Of a DNA stretch of 64,000 nucleotides, positions 19,740 to 28,272 are shown piece after piece. Location of the stretch: contig JAAEQC010000102.1 in the NCBI GenBank assembly GCA_024231905.1, forward strand, positions 80,033 to 144,032, given 5' to 3'. Numbering within the stretch: the stretch's first letter is position 1; every line of letters starts with the position of its first letter. The notes under the pieces are model-generated. The model was not told where the DNA came from. It saw only the letters and a list, made by a program, of their open reading frames with translations, and did not search any database. The position numbers and the translations under genes were made by a program. Source of the DNA: a bacterium. GTDB taxonomy: Bacteria; Krumholzibacteriota; Krumholzibacteriia; LZORAL124-64-63.

Positions 19740-20480
19740 GTGGACCTTCTCTTCATGGGATTCGGAGGCGGCCTGGTGGTGGCGGCCGTGGCCTGGGGTG
19801 TGTGGAAGATCGCCCGCCGGGGACGCCGGCGCGGTCCCGCCGCCCCGGACGTGACCTACGAGAGCTTCGTGACCAGCATGAAAGCCGTGGGCGAGCTGAG
19901 CGTCTTCCGCATCGTGACCAAGGAAGTCATCACCGCCAGCGACCACTGGTTCGGCGAGTTCGGCAAGAAGTACCTGAACTGGCTGCTGTCCAGCCAGCGC
20001 ATCACCCTGGTCATCGAGTTCGACGTGGACTTCCGCTACGACCTGACCGATCCGGCCTTCCGGGTCGAGCGCCGGGGCGAGGGCGCCTTCCACATGACCC
20101 TGCCGTCGTGCCGCCACGAGGTCCTCATCCGGGACATGCGCATCCACTCGGAGGACAAGACCGAGTTGCTGCCCTGGCTCATGCCCGACCTGCTGGGCCG
20201 TTTCTTCACCGGCGGCTTCAGCGTCGAGGCCAAGAACAAGCTCATCACCGAGACCCGCGACCAGGCCAGCCGCTTCGCCGGCGACCTGGTGGGGCGCACC
20301 ACGGGCGAGGCCCAGCGCTCGGCGGCCCGCACCCTGACCATGCTGGCCCAGGGCCTGGGCGCCTGGAAGGTGGACTTCGATTTCACCGAGGGCGGCGATT
20401 TTGAACCGGTGGTGGATACGTCCTCCCTGGAACGAACCTTGCCCGCCTCCGGCGCGGACGTGGCCGGAGGTGCCTCATGA
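19740..20480 (+). CDS. DUF4230-like protein with N-terminal membrane anchor
   Basis: TM helix, GELSV…EVIT, FRYDL…TLP pattern. RBS AAGGAG before GTG. Confidence 0.65.
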   Translation: MDLLFMGFGGGLVVAAVAWGVWKIARRGRRRGPAAPDVTYESFVTSMKAVGELSVFRIVTKEVITASDHWFGEFGKKYLNWLLSSQRITLVIEFDVDFRYDLTDPAFRVERRGEGAFHMTLPSCRHEVLIRDMRIHSEDKTELLPWLMPDLLGRFFTGGFSVEAKNKLITETRDQASRFAGDLVGRTTGEAQRSAARTLTMLAQGLGAWKVDFDFTEGGDFEPVVDTSSLERTLPASGADVAGGAS

Positions 20481-20983
20481 GCGGACGCCGCACGGTGGTG
20501 GGGGTCATGGGCGGTTGCGCGGCAGAATCCGGAACCGTGGAGAACGCGCGGACCCTCGGCCGGCTCATCGCCGAACACGGGTGGGTGCTGCTGTCCGGCG
20601 GACGGCCCACGGGGGTCATGCAGGCCTCGGTGGACGGGGCCAAAGAGGCCGGGGGCTTCACCGTGGGGGTGCTATTCGACACGGAGCACGCCGACGCGGC
20701 CGTGGGCCTGGACCTGGTCATCCCCACGGGCATGGGCGCCGGGCGCAACGTCATCAACATCCTGGCCAGCGACGTGGTGGTGGCCTGCCGGGGCTCGGGC
20801 GGCACCCTGAGCGAGATCGCCCTGGCCCTGCGCTTCGGCCGGCCGGTGGTGCTGCTGGACTTCGATCCGGGAGAGGCGTTCCTGACGGCCTGCGCCGCCG
20901 ACGCCCGCTGGACCCTGGCGGCCGATCCGCGGAAGGCTGTCGACGCGGTGCGGGGCTACCTGGAGGAAGCGGGGCGGGCCTAG
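20477..20983 (+). CDS. TIGR00725/SLOG (LOG-like) family protein
   Basis: VGVMGG, LSGG…GVMQAS, TGMGAGRN, GSGGTLSEIALA. Confidence 0.85.
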   Translation: MSGRRTVVGVMGGCAAESGTVENARTLGRLIAEHGWVLLSGGRPTGVMQASVDGAKEAGGFTVGVLFDTEHADAAVGLDLVIPTGMGAGRNVINILASDVVVACRGSGGTLSEIALALRFGRPVVLLDFDPGEAFLTACAADARWTLAADPRKAVDAVRGYLEEAGRA

Positions 20984-21606
20984 TTCGTCGTGGGCGCGCC
21001 CGCCGGCATGGACAGTCCGCGGGCGAAGATGGGCACGTTGTTGCAGACCACGTCGTTGGCCTGGAATTCTACCGACGTGATTTCTTCCCAGACGTTGACG
21101 TTCAAAGCGCAGTCCATGACCATGCCCACGAAGCAACGGCTGGTGATGAAGGGATCGACCTTGCGCACCTCGCCCGCGTCCATGAGGCGCTGGAGTTCCC
21201 CGGTCAGGAACGTGATGTAGGGCAAGCGCACCTCCCGGAACAGGGCGGTGGCCACGTCGTTGCTGTCGACACTGTTGGCGAACATGAGACGCATGAGTTC
21301 GGGATCGCCGGCCGCCAGTCCCAGCACGTGCTCGGCGATGCGTGTGAGCACGGCCTCGATGTCGCCCCGGCCCTCCTGCGCCGCCAGGTAGCCCTCGATG
21401 TCGTGCTGGTGGGCCTTGGCGCTGATGACTTCCCGGTAGAGATCCACCTTGCTCTCGAAGTGCCGGTAGATGGCGGCCTCGGTGATGCCGCAGGCCCGGG
21501 CGATCACGCGCACGGACGTGCCTTCGAAGCCGCCGCCCGCGAAGAGAGTGGTGGCTTCGCGCAGGATCTGGTCGCGGCGGTCGGGCCGACGTTTCGTGGG
21601 TGTCAT
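20980..21606 (-). CDS. TetR/AcrR family transcriptional regulator
   Basis: RRDQILREATTLFAGGGFEGTSVRVIARACGITEAAIYRHFESK HTH. Confidence 0.93.
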   Translation of the reverse strand: MTPTKRRPDRRDQILREATTLFAGGGFEGTSVRVIARACGITEAAIYRHFESKVDLYREVISAKAHQHDIEGYLAAQEGRGDIEAVLTRIAEHVLGLAAGDPELMRLMFANSVDSNDVATALFREVRLPYITFLTGELQRLMDAGEVRKVDPFITSRCFVGMVMDCALNVNVWEEITSVEFQANDVVCNNVPIFARGLSMPAGAPTTN

Positions 21607-21673
21607 GAGCCTTGTCCCCGGGACGATCAGGGTGGGGAGTGGGTCTTCGCCGCAGCGCGAGTGTCGCGAGGCG

Positions 21674-21725
21674 AGTAAACGACCGTTGACTTTCGGAATC
21701 TAAGCGCCGGGCGGAGTCAGGTCAA
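21674..21725 (-). promoter_or_regulatory. tetR sigma70 promoter with adjacent palindromic operator
   Basis: Minus strand TTGACC (21725-21720)-N17-TAGATT (21702-21697), immediately followed by the near-palindrome AGTAAACGACCGTTGACT (21674-21691). Confidence 0.65.
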
Positions 21726-21801
21726 CGATAGAACAGATTAAATGGTCTAATAACTACTGATATGGTCGTGATTTACGCGGGTGGGGCGTGGCGGAGGGCC
21801 G

Positions 21802-21829
21802 GGGACCGGACGCCGCAGCGCCCGGTCCC
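21802..21829 (-). terminator. Hairpin downstream of the (original) S9 peptidase stop
   Basis: GGGACCGG…CCGGTCCC stem with inner CGC/GCG pairing. Confidence 0.5.
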
Positions 21830-21867
21830 GTGGCAGGAGATCTTTGCCCTTGGCTGGAGATTCTAGT

Positions 21868-21915
21868 TCAATCGGCAGGCTCGGTGGCCAGGGGCTTCAG
21901 GTACATGTCGAACCA
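21868..21915 (-). pseudogene. Displaced original 3' end of the S9 peptidase gene (WFDMYLKPLATEPAD*)
   Basis: Starts with the same 9-mer TGGTTCGAC as codons WFD of the peptidase. Genome-typical codons and WFDxYL S9-type ending. Confidence 0.65.
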
Positions 21916-22070
21916 GCTGGCTCGGTAGTTAGAGACCGCTCGCCCAAGCCGTTGCCGTGGCGAGCGGTCGCAAGCTACTGCTACCGGGCCGCCCCGGTCG
22001 GCACCTCGGTCGGTCGCTCAACAAATGGTTCGTTCTCCTCTGGAGATTGTAGCAACCACAAGTCGAACCA
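21907..22070. mobile_element. 155-bp insertion/integration scar bounded by a 9-bp direct repeat
   Basis: GTCGAACCA at 21907-21915 and 22062-22070. Interior has AT-rich codons and an 11-bp hairpin (21934-21969). Confidence 0.55.
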
Positions 22071-24080
22071 CGCCCGGTCCCACTCCATCTTCGCCAGCCG
22101 GTTCTCGTGGGTGGTCAGCCCGTGGGGTTCGCCCGGATAGACCACCAGTTCCGTGGGCACGTCCAGGTAGTGGCGCAGGGCCCGGTACAGGGCCTTGCTG
22201 TGGGCCGGTGGCACCCGCGGGTCGTTGCCGCCCACGTGGATCAGGGTGGGCGTCCTGACCTGGTCCAACCCGTACAGGGGACTGGCCTGCTGGTAGTGGT
22301 GCTCCTGCTCCCAGGGCAGGCCCTCCACGAAGTTGATCACGTGGCCGGGCGTGTCCTCGGTGCCCCACTGGATGACCATGTCCAGGACGCCGGCGCCGCT
22401 GCTGGCGGCGGCGAACAGGTCCGGTTCGGCGACGATCATGCAGTTGGTCAGGTAGCCGCCGTTGCTCCAGCCCATGACGCCGATGTGGTCCGGGTCGGCG
22501 ATGCCATCGTCGATCAGCCAGCGGGTGCCGGCGGTGATGTCCGCCACCTCGATCTCGTTCTCGCGGCCGATGAGCTTCTCCAGGAACTCGTCCCCGTAGC
22601 CGGTGGACCCATGGTAGTTGGGACTGAGCATGGCGTAGCCCTGGCTGGCCATGAGGGTGCGGCCGTAGATCCACAGGCGCAGACGGTGCTTGGTGCTGCT
22701 GGTGGGACCGCCGTGGAGTTCGATGACCGTGGGCAGGGGGCCGTCCGCCCGCTCGTAGCCGGCCGGCAGTTCGAGAATGCCCCACACCTCGTCGCCGTCA
22801 GCGCCGGTCCAGCTCACGTGCTCGATACGCGGCAGGACCCAGGAGTCCACCTGAGGATTGGTCTTGGTCAGGCGGGAGAAACGGTCCTTGGCGGCCACGG
22901 CGTAGATGTCGTTGGCGTCGGTGATGGTCTCCAGGACCACCGCCAGACGCCGGCCGCGCTCGTCGAAGCTGAAAGAGCCGATGACGCCGTCGCCGTCGGC
23001 CAGCAATTCGGAGCGGCCTTGGCCGCCCTGTTGCACGTCGTGGGTGCCGTACACCCGCACCCGGGCCATGCTCTCGCCCCGGTAGCAGAGGGTGCGCGAG
23101 GTGCCGCGCCAGGCCAGACCACCGTCGAAGGTCACCATTTCCGGACGCCCGATCCGCTGCAGGGGCCATCCGTCGCGGCCCTGCTCGGCGACCCAGATCT
23201 GGGACGCGTAGCCGTCGTAGGCGATGGAGAAGGCCAGGGCGCGGCTGTCGCCCGACCAGGCCAGGCCCTCGATCCAGCCGTAGGGGGAGGGATGGTCGGC
23301 GCGCCACTGCTGGTCCGTCAGGGCGGTGAGCTCGCCGCTCTCCAGGTCGAGGACCTCCACCCGGGACCAGCCTTCCTTGAAGATCAGTTCGTTGTCCTCG
23401 GTGGTGACCATGGCCAGCCGCCGGCCGTCGGGGGACAGGCTCAACTCCCAGATCACCCGTTCGGCCGCCAGGACCTCGTCCTCGCGCCAGGCCAGCAGGT
23501 CCAGGCGGTGGATGGCCTGCAGGTCGCGCACGCCGTGGCCGTACTCCAGGTCGGCGTACTTCTCGCGCAGATCGGTCCACTCGTCGTCGCGGTGTTCCTT
23601 GCTGGTCACGTAGTAGAGAGCGGTGCCGTCGGGGGCGAGGGCGAAGTCGTCCACGCCGTCCTTCACGCGGGTCACGGGGACCGGATCGCCGCCGTTGGTG
23701 GGCACCCGCCATACCTGGCGCGAACCGTCCCGCGGGGGAGCCTCGAGGCCGGCGTCCACCCGGCCCAGGCACCAGATGTCGCGTCCGCCCGGACCCCAGG
23801 CCACGGCGCCGGGACCGAAGCCGTCGAAGGTCAGGCGCCGGCGGTCCGTGCCGTCGCGTCCCACGATCCACAGGTCGCGGCTGCGGCCTTCCTTGCCCTG
23901 GCCCCAGCGGCTCTCGCTGTGGGCGACCAGTTCGCCGTCGGGGGAGAGGGCCAGGTTGCCCAGGCCGATGAGGTCGAAGTAGTCCTCGGGCTGGGGAACG
24001 TGGTCGCGGAAGGGTGTCTCGGCCAGGGCGGGGAGCGCCAGGAACGCGGCGAGGATCATGATCACGGATAGCGAACGCAC
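21981..24080 (-). CDS. Secreted S9 family (prolyl oligopeptidase/acylaminoacyl-peptidase-like) serine peptidase
   Basis: Signal peptide, beta-propeller repeats (SPDG), HGGP, nucleophile GWSNGG, Asp in NDPRVP, His in EPHG. Confidence 0.93.
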   Translation of the reverse strand: MRSLSVIMILAAFLALPALAETPFRDHVPQPEDYFDLIGLGNLALSPDGELVAHSESRWGQGKEGRSRDLWIVGRDGTDRRRLTFDGFGPGAVAWGPGGRDIWCLGRVDAGLEAPPRDGSRQVWRVPTNGGDPVPVTRVKDGVDDFALAPDGTALYYVTSKEHRDDEWTDLREKYADLEYGHGVRDLQAIHRLDLLAWREDEVLAAERVIWELSLSPDGRRLAMVTTEDNELIFKEGWSRVEVLDLESGELTALTDQQWRADHPSPYGWIEGLAWSGDSRALAFSIAYDGYASQIWVAEQGRDGWPLQRIGRPEMVTFDGGLAWRGTSRTLCYRGESMARVRVYGTHDVQQGGQGRSELLADGDGVIGSFSFDERGRRLAVVLETITDANDIYAVAAKDRFSRLTKTNPQVDSWVLPRIEHVSWTGADGDEVWGILELPAGYERADGPLPTVIELHGGPTSSTKHRLRLWIYGRTLMASQGYAMLSPNYHGSTGYGDEFLEKLIGRENEIEVADITAGTRWLIDDGIADPDHIGVMGWSNGGYLTNCMIVAEPDLFAAASSGAGVLDMVIQWGTEDTPGHVINFVEGLPWEQEHHYQQASPLYGLDQVRTPTLIHVGGNDPRVPPAHSKALYRALRHYLDVPTELVVYPGEPHGLTTHENRLAKMEWDRAWFDLWLLQSPEENEPFVERPTEVPTGAAR

Positions 24081-24210
24081 GGCGGGACCTCCGGATAGTC
24101 TGTTGCCAGGAATTTTCGTCAGGTTACACTATCATGACCGATGCCTACGAGGTACCGGTTCCTGGTCCGGAGCGGTTCCGGACATCCACCCCCTTTCCCG
24201 GAGTCTCCAC

Positions 24211-26223
24211 GTGTGCGGAATCTGCGGCGCGTTCGCCCTGGACGGGCGCCTGGACCTGCCCGACAAGACGCCCGAACGCATGATCGGCGTCATGCGCCAT
24301 CGCGGTCCCGACGAGTTCGGCGCCTGGCGTGACGACCGCGTCTTCCTGGGCCACGCGCGCCTGAGCATCATCGATCTGGCGGGCGGCCAGCAACCCATGG
24401 CCGGCCGGGCCGACCATTGGCTCACTTTCAACGGCGAGATCTTCAACTACGTGGAACTGACCGAGGAACTGCGGGCCCTGGGCCACGTCTTCCGCACGCG
24501 CTGCGACACCGAGGTCATCCTCCGGGCCTACGAGGAGTGGGGCGACGCCTGCGTCGAGCGTTTCAACGGCCAGTTCGCCTTCGCCCTGTGGGACCGACCC
24601 CGCGGCCGCCTCTTCCTGGCCCGGGACCGTTACGGCATTCGCCCCCTCTACCTGGCCGCCCACGACGGGCGCCTGCTCTTCGCGTCGGAGATCAAGTCTC
24701 TGCGGGCCTACCCAGGCTTCGCCCCGGCCCTGGATCCGGGCTCCGTGGCGGAAGTCTCCACCTACTGGGTGAACATCGCCCCGGCCACCGCCTTCGCGGG
24801 CGTGGCCCAGTTGCCCCCCGGCCACACGGCCGTGGTGGAGGCGAATCCGTCCGGACCGCCCCCGCCCGCGCCCCTGCCGCCGGCGTTGCGAATCCGCCGC
24901 TACTGGCACCCGGAATTCCTGCCTGCGGACGAGGACCGGCGGCGCGTGGCCCCGGACGAGGCCTCGCGCCTGGCGAAGGACGTGCGCGAGGCCCTGGTCG
25001 ATGCTGCCACCATCCGTCTGCGGGCGGACGTGCCCGTGGGCGCCTACCTCTCCGGCGGCCTGGATTCCTCCACCACCGCGGCGCTGATCCACCGCTACAC
25101 GGACCACCGCCTGAAGACCTTCTCCGTGGGCTTCGCTGACCGGGACTACGACGAGACCGACTGGCAGTACGCCATGGCCGCCCACATCGGCACCGAGCAC
25201 GTCACGGTGAAAGTGGACGGCGACGACATCGCGTCCCGCTTCGAGGAAGTCGTGTGGCTGGCCGAGACGCCGGTCCTGCGCACGGCTCCGGCGCCCCTGC
25301 ATGCCCTGTCGGGCCTGGCCCGCTCCGAGGACTTCAAGGTCGTCCTGACGGGCGAGGGCGCCGACGAGGTCTTCGTGGGCTACAACATCTTCCGCGAGGC
25401 CAAGGTGCGCCGCTTCTGGGCGCGGGACCCGGCAGCGCGGGCCCGGTCCATGCTGCTGACCCGACTCTACCCTTACCTGGCCCAGTCGCCTCCGGAATTC
25501 CTGCGCCGCTTCTACGGCCAGGGCCTGGAGGACGTGGACGACCCCTTCTACTCCCACCGCCCCCGCTGGCACAATACGGGCGCCGTCGCCAAGCTTCTGG
25601 CGGTGGACGGAACCGACGCCCTGCGGTCCGCCGAGGAACGCCTGGCCGCCTCTCTGCCCGCGGAATTCACGGCCTGGGGACCGGTGGCCCGGGCCCAGTA
25701 CGTGGAGATGACCACCTTCCTGGCCGGCTATCTGCTCAGCTCCCAGGGGGACCGCATGCTCATGGGGCATTCGGTGGAGGGGCGCTTCCCGTTCCTGGAC
25801 CACGAACTGGCCGCTGTGGCCGCGCGGATACCCGCGTCGGCCAAGCTTCAGTCCCTGGTGGAGAAGGCGATATTGAAGGAGAGCGTTGCGGATCTGCTGC
25901 CCGCGAGTATCCTGAACAGGCCGAAGCAGCCGTACCGGGCGCCCGACGGCGCCAGTTTCGCCGGCAACGCCGGCCGCGATATCGTGGCCGCGCGGCTGGG
26001 CCAACACGGCGGCAGCCTGTGGGACGACCGCCGGGTGGGGGCCTTGCGGCGCAAGTGGGAAGCCGGCAAGCTGGCCAGCGCCCGCGACAACATGGCTTTC
26101 GTGGCCGCTCTGAGCGGCCGCATCCTCGAACACGAGTTCGGACCGGGTTTCGCTGACCGGCTGGCGTCTACGGAGCTGGCCCCGCAGGACCTGGTCTGGC
26201 GCGAACGACCCCGCGACGACTAG
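24211..26223 (+). CDS. asnB: AsnB-family glutamine-dependent amidotransferase
   Basis: GTG start giving N-terminal CGICG, HRGPD, RLSIID, FNGEIFN, LSGGLDSS, TGEGADE, VEGRFPFLD. Confidence 0.93.
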   Translation: MCGICGAFALDGRLDLPDKTPERMIGVMRHRGPDEFGAWRDDRVFLGHARLSIIDLAGGQQPMAGRADHWLTFNGEIFNYVELTEELRALGHVFRTRCDTEVILRAYEEWGDACVERFNGQFAFALWDRPRGRLFLARDRYGIRPLYLAAHDGRLLFASEIKSLRAYPGFAPALDPGSVAEVSTYWVNIAPATAFAGVAQLPPGHTAVVEANPSGPPPPAPLPPALRIRRYWHPEFLPADEDRRRVAPDEASRLAKDVREALVDAATIRLRADVPVGAYLSGGLDSSTTAALIHRYTDHRLKTFSVGFADRDYDETDWQYAMAAHIGTEHVTVKVDGDDIASRFEEVVWLAETPVLRTAPAPLHALSGLARSEDFKVVLTGEGADEVFVGYNIFREAKVRRFWARDPAARARSMLLTRLYPYLAQSPPEFLRRFYGQGLEDVDDPFYSHRPRWHNTGAVAKLLAVDGTDALRSAEERLAASLPAEFTAWGPVARAQYVEMTTFLAGYLLSSQGDRMLMGHSVEGRFPFLDHELAAVAARIPASAKLQSLVEKAILKESVADLLPASILNRPKQPYRAPDGASFAGNAGRDIVAARLGQHGGSLWDDRRVGALRRKWEAGKLASARDNMAFVAALSGRILEHEFGPGFADRLASTELAPQDLVWRERPRDD

Positions 26224-26244
26224 CGGACAGGGAGACGGGATTCC

Positions 26245-26496
26245 ATGAACGTGCGTGATAAGGTGTGCGAGTACATCATCGAGAACTTCCTCTTCGGCGA
26301 CGCCGAGCCCATGGCGGACGACACCATGTCGCTGCTGGACGAGGGCATCATCGACTCGGTGGGCGTCATGGAACTGGTGGCCTTCCTCGAGTCCGACTTC
26401 GGTATCTCCGTGGGCGACGAGGAACTCGTGCCCGACAACCTGGACTCGGTGGCCAACCTGGTGGCCTTCGTGGGCCGCAAGCAAGCCGCCGCCTAG
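26245..26496 (+). CDS. Acyl/aminoacyl carrier protein
   Basis: Acidic 83-aa protein with phosphopantetheine site GIIDSVGVMELV and C-terminal NLDSV. Confidence 0.9.
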   Translation: MNVRDKVCEYIIENFLFGDAEPMADDTMSLLDEGIIDSVGVMELVAFLESDFGISVGDEELVPDNLDSVANLVAFVGRKQAAA

Positions 26497-28034
26497 TGTC
26501 CACCGGCCTCGCACCCGTCCACACCCTCCTGGAGCATACGGTCCAGGCCCACGGCGACGCCGTGGGCCTGGTCCACGGCAAGAAGAGCCTGACTTGGGCC
26601 GAGGTGGAGACCGCCGCCAACCGGACGGCCCGCCTGCTGGTGGAACTGGGCGTGGCGCCCGGCGACCGGGTCGGCCTGCTGGTGGACAACGGCGTCACCT
26701 ACGTCACGAGCTTCTTCGGCATCCTCAAGGCCGGCGCCTGCGCCGTGGCCCTGAACGCGGCCAACCGGGCCGATACCCAGCGCAAACTCCTGGCCGACGC
26801 CGGGGCCCGGGTCCTGGTGACCAAGGCGGCCCAAGCCCGGCGCGACCTGCCTGAGATGGTGGCCGGCCTCGATGATCTCACCCACGTGGTGGTGGACCGG
26901 GCGGCGCCCCACTGGGAGCTTCCCGCGGGACTGTCGGTCGTCACCACCGATCAGCGCGAAGCCCTGCCCGGCGACCGCCTCGATCTGGCGGTGGAACTGG
27001 AATCCCCGGCGGCCATCCTCTACACGAGCGGCTCCACGGGCATGCCCCGGGGTGTCACGCTCCTGCACCGGAATCTGGCGGCCAACACGCGGCAGATCCT
27101 CGACTACCTGGAACTCACGTCCGACGACTCGGTCCTGGCCGTGCTCCCTTTCCACTACAGCTTCGGCATGTCCCTGCTGCTGACCCACACGGCGGTGGGC
27201 GGCCGGCTGGTGGTGGACAACCGTTTCGCCTATCCGGCCACCATCGTGGACGCCCTGGCGGAGCACGCGGTGAGCGGGTTCTCGGGGGTGCCCTCGACCT
27301 ACGCCATTCTGGCGGCGCGCACGGATTTCCTGACCCGTCCGCTACCGGCCCTGCGCTACCTGACCCAGGCCGGAGGCGGCATGACGCCGGCGTTGACGCG
27401 GAAGCTGCTGGCCACCCGCGGGCAGACGGCGCAGCTGTTCGTCATGTACGGCCAGACCGAAGCCGGCGCCCGCCTGAGTTGGGTGCCGCCCGAGCGTCTC
27501 GAAGAGAAGCTGGGTTCCATCGGCGTGGGTATCCCCGGCGTGGAACTCGCGGTGCGCCGGCCCGACGGCTCCGAGTGCGACGTGGACGAAGTGGGGGAGG
27601 TCGTGGCCCGCGGCGACAACATCATGCGCGGCTACTGGAACGACCCCGATGAGACCGCCCTCGTGCTCAAGGGCGGCGCCCTCTTCACCGGCGACCTGGG
27701 CCGCCGCGACGACGACGGCTTCATCTTCCTGGTGGACCGGGTCAAGAACATGATCAAGGCCGGCGCCAATCGCGTCAGCGCCAAGGAGATCGAGGACGCG
27801 ATCGCTGAGCTCGAGGGCGTGATGGAAGTGTGCGTGGTCGGCGTTCCGGACGAGTTGCTGGGGGAGGCCATCGAGGCGCACGTAGTGTCCGCCCCGGGCG
27901 CCGAACTGGACGAGCGGGCGGTTCTGGCCCATCTGCGCGGACGGCTGGCGTTGTTCAAGATTCCGCGCGTGGTGCAATTCCGCAAGGACCTGCCGAGAAG
28001 TTCTGCTGGGAAGATTCTCAAGTCCGAGTTGTGA
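26496..28034 (+). CDS. AMP-dependent acyl ligase (ANL superfamily)
   Basis: YTSGSTGMPRGV, YGQTEA, FTGDLG, RVKNMIK, SAGKI. GTG start overlaps the ACP stop. Confidence 0.92.
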   Translation: MSTGLAPVHTLLEHTVQAHGDAVGLVHGKKSLTWAEVETAANRTARLLVELGVAPGDRVGLLVDNGVTYVTSFFGILKAGACAVALNAANRADTQRKLLADAGARVLVTKAAQARRDLPEMVAGLDDLTHVVVDRAAPHWELPAGLSVVTTDQREALPGDRLDLAVELESPAAILYTSGSTGMPRGVTLLHRNLAANTRQILDYLELTSDDSVLAVLPFHYSFGMSLLLTHTAVGGRLVVDNRFAYPATIVDALAEHAVSGFSGVPSTYAILAARTDFLTRPLPALRYLTQAGGGMTPALTRKLLATRGQTAQLFVMYGQTEAGARLSWVPPERLEEKLGSIGVGIPGVELAVRRPDGSECDVDEVGEVVARGDNIMRGYWNDPDETALVLKGGALFTGDLGRRDDDGFIFLVDRVKNMIKAGANRVSAKEIEDAIAELEGVMEVCVVGVPDELLGEAIEAHVVSAPGAELDERAVLAHLRGRLALFKIPRVVQFRKDLPRSSAGKILKSEL

Positions 28035-28152
28035 CCGGGAAGCGTGGGTGGGGCTGTGGTCCGGCGCGCTCCGCGCTTCGGCCCTGCGGGCCTCGCTCGG
28101 GCCGGACGGCCCGAGTCGCTTGCCGGACCACAACCCCACCCACCCCTCCCGG
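28035..28152. repeat. Cloverleaf-like palindromic element (REP/MITE-like or structured RNA)
   Basis: 22-bp outer inverted repeat (28044-28065 / 28122-28143, 1 mismatch) enclosing three short hairpins. Confidence 0.55.
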
Positions 28153-28216
28153 ACCCAGTGGGGGCGGGGAAGAAGGTTGGTGGCGTGGATTGGCCTGGTC
28201 GGGTGGGTTCGCAGAC

Positions 28217-28250
28217 GAAGAGGCCCCGGGTGTTTACCCGGGGCCTCTTC
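28217..28250. terminator. Terminator hairpin between convergent ligase and C25 genes
   Basis: GAAGAGGCCCCGGGT-GTTT-ACCCGGGGCCTCTTC perfect 15-bp stem. Confidence 0.75.
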
Positions 28251-28272
28251 TGTGCTGGCAGGGCGTTTCGGG

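Noticed and set aside
21925..22030. GTTAGAG, GCTCAAC and an imperfect hairpin resembling integron attC features
   Set aside because: Core sites are not arranged as RYYYAAC…GTTRRRY around the hairpin, and there is no integrase or cassette array.
24211..26223. AsnB as a lasso peptide cyclase
   Set aside because: The N-terminal Cys glutaminase domain is intact, and there is no B protein, RRE or precursor peptide nearby.
28035..28152. tRNA or tRNA-derived gene
   Set aside because: Cloverleaf-like topology only. It has no T-loop GTTCRA, D-loop GG, 7-nt anticodon loop or CCA, and the arm lengths are wrong.
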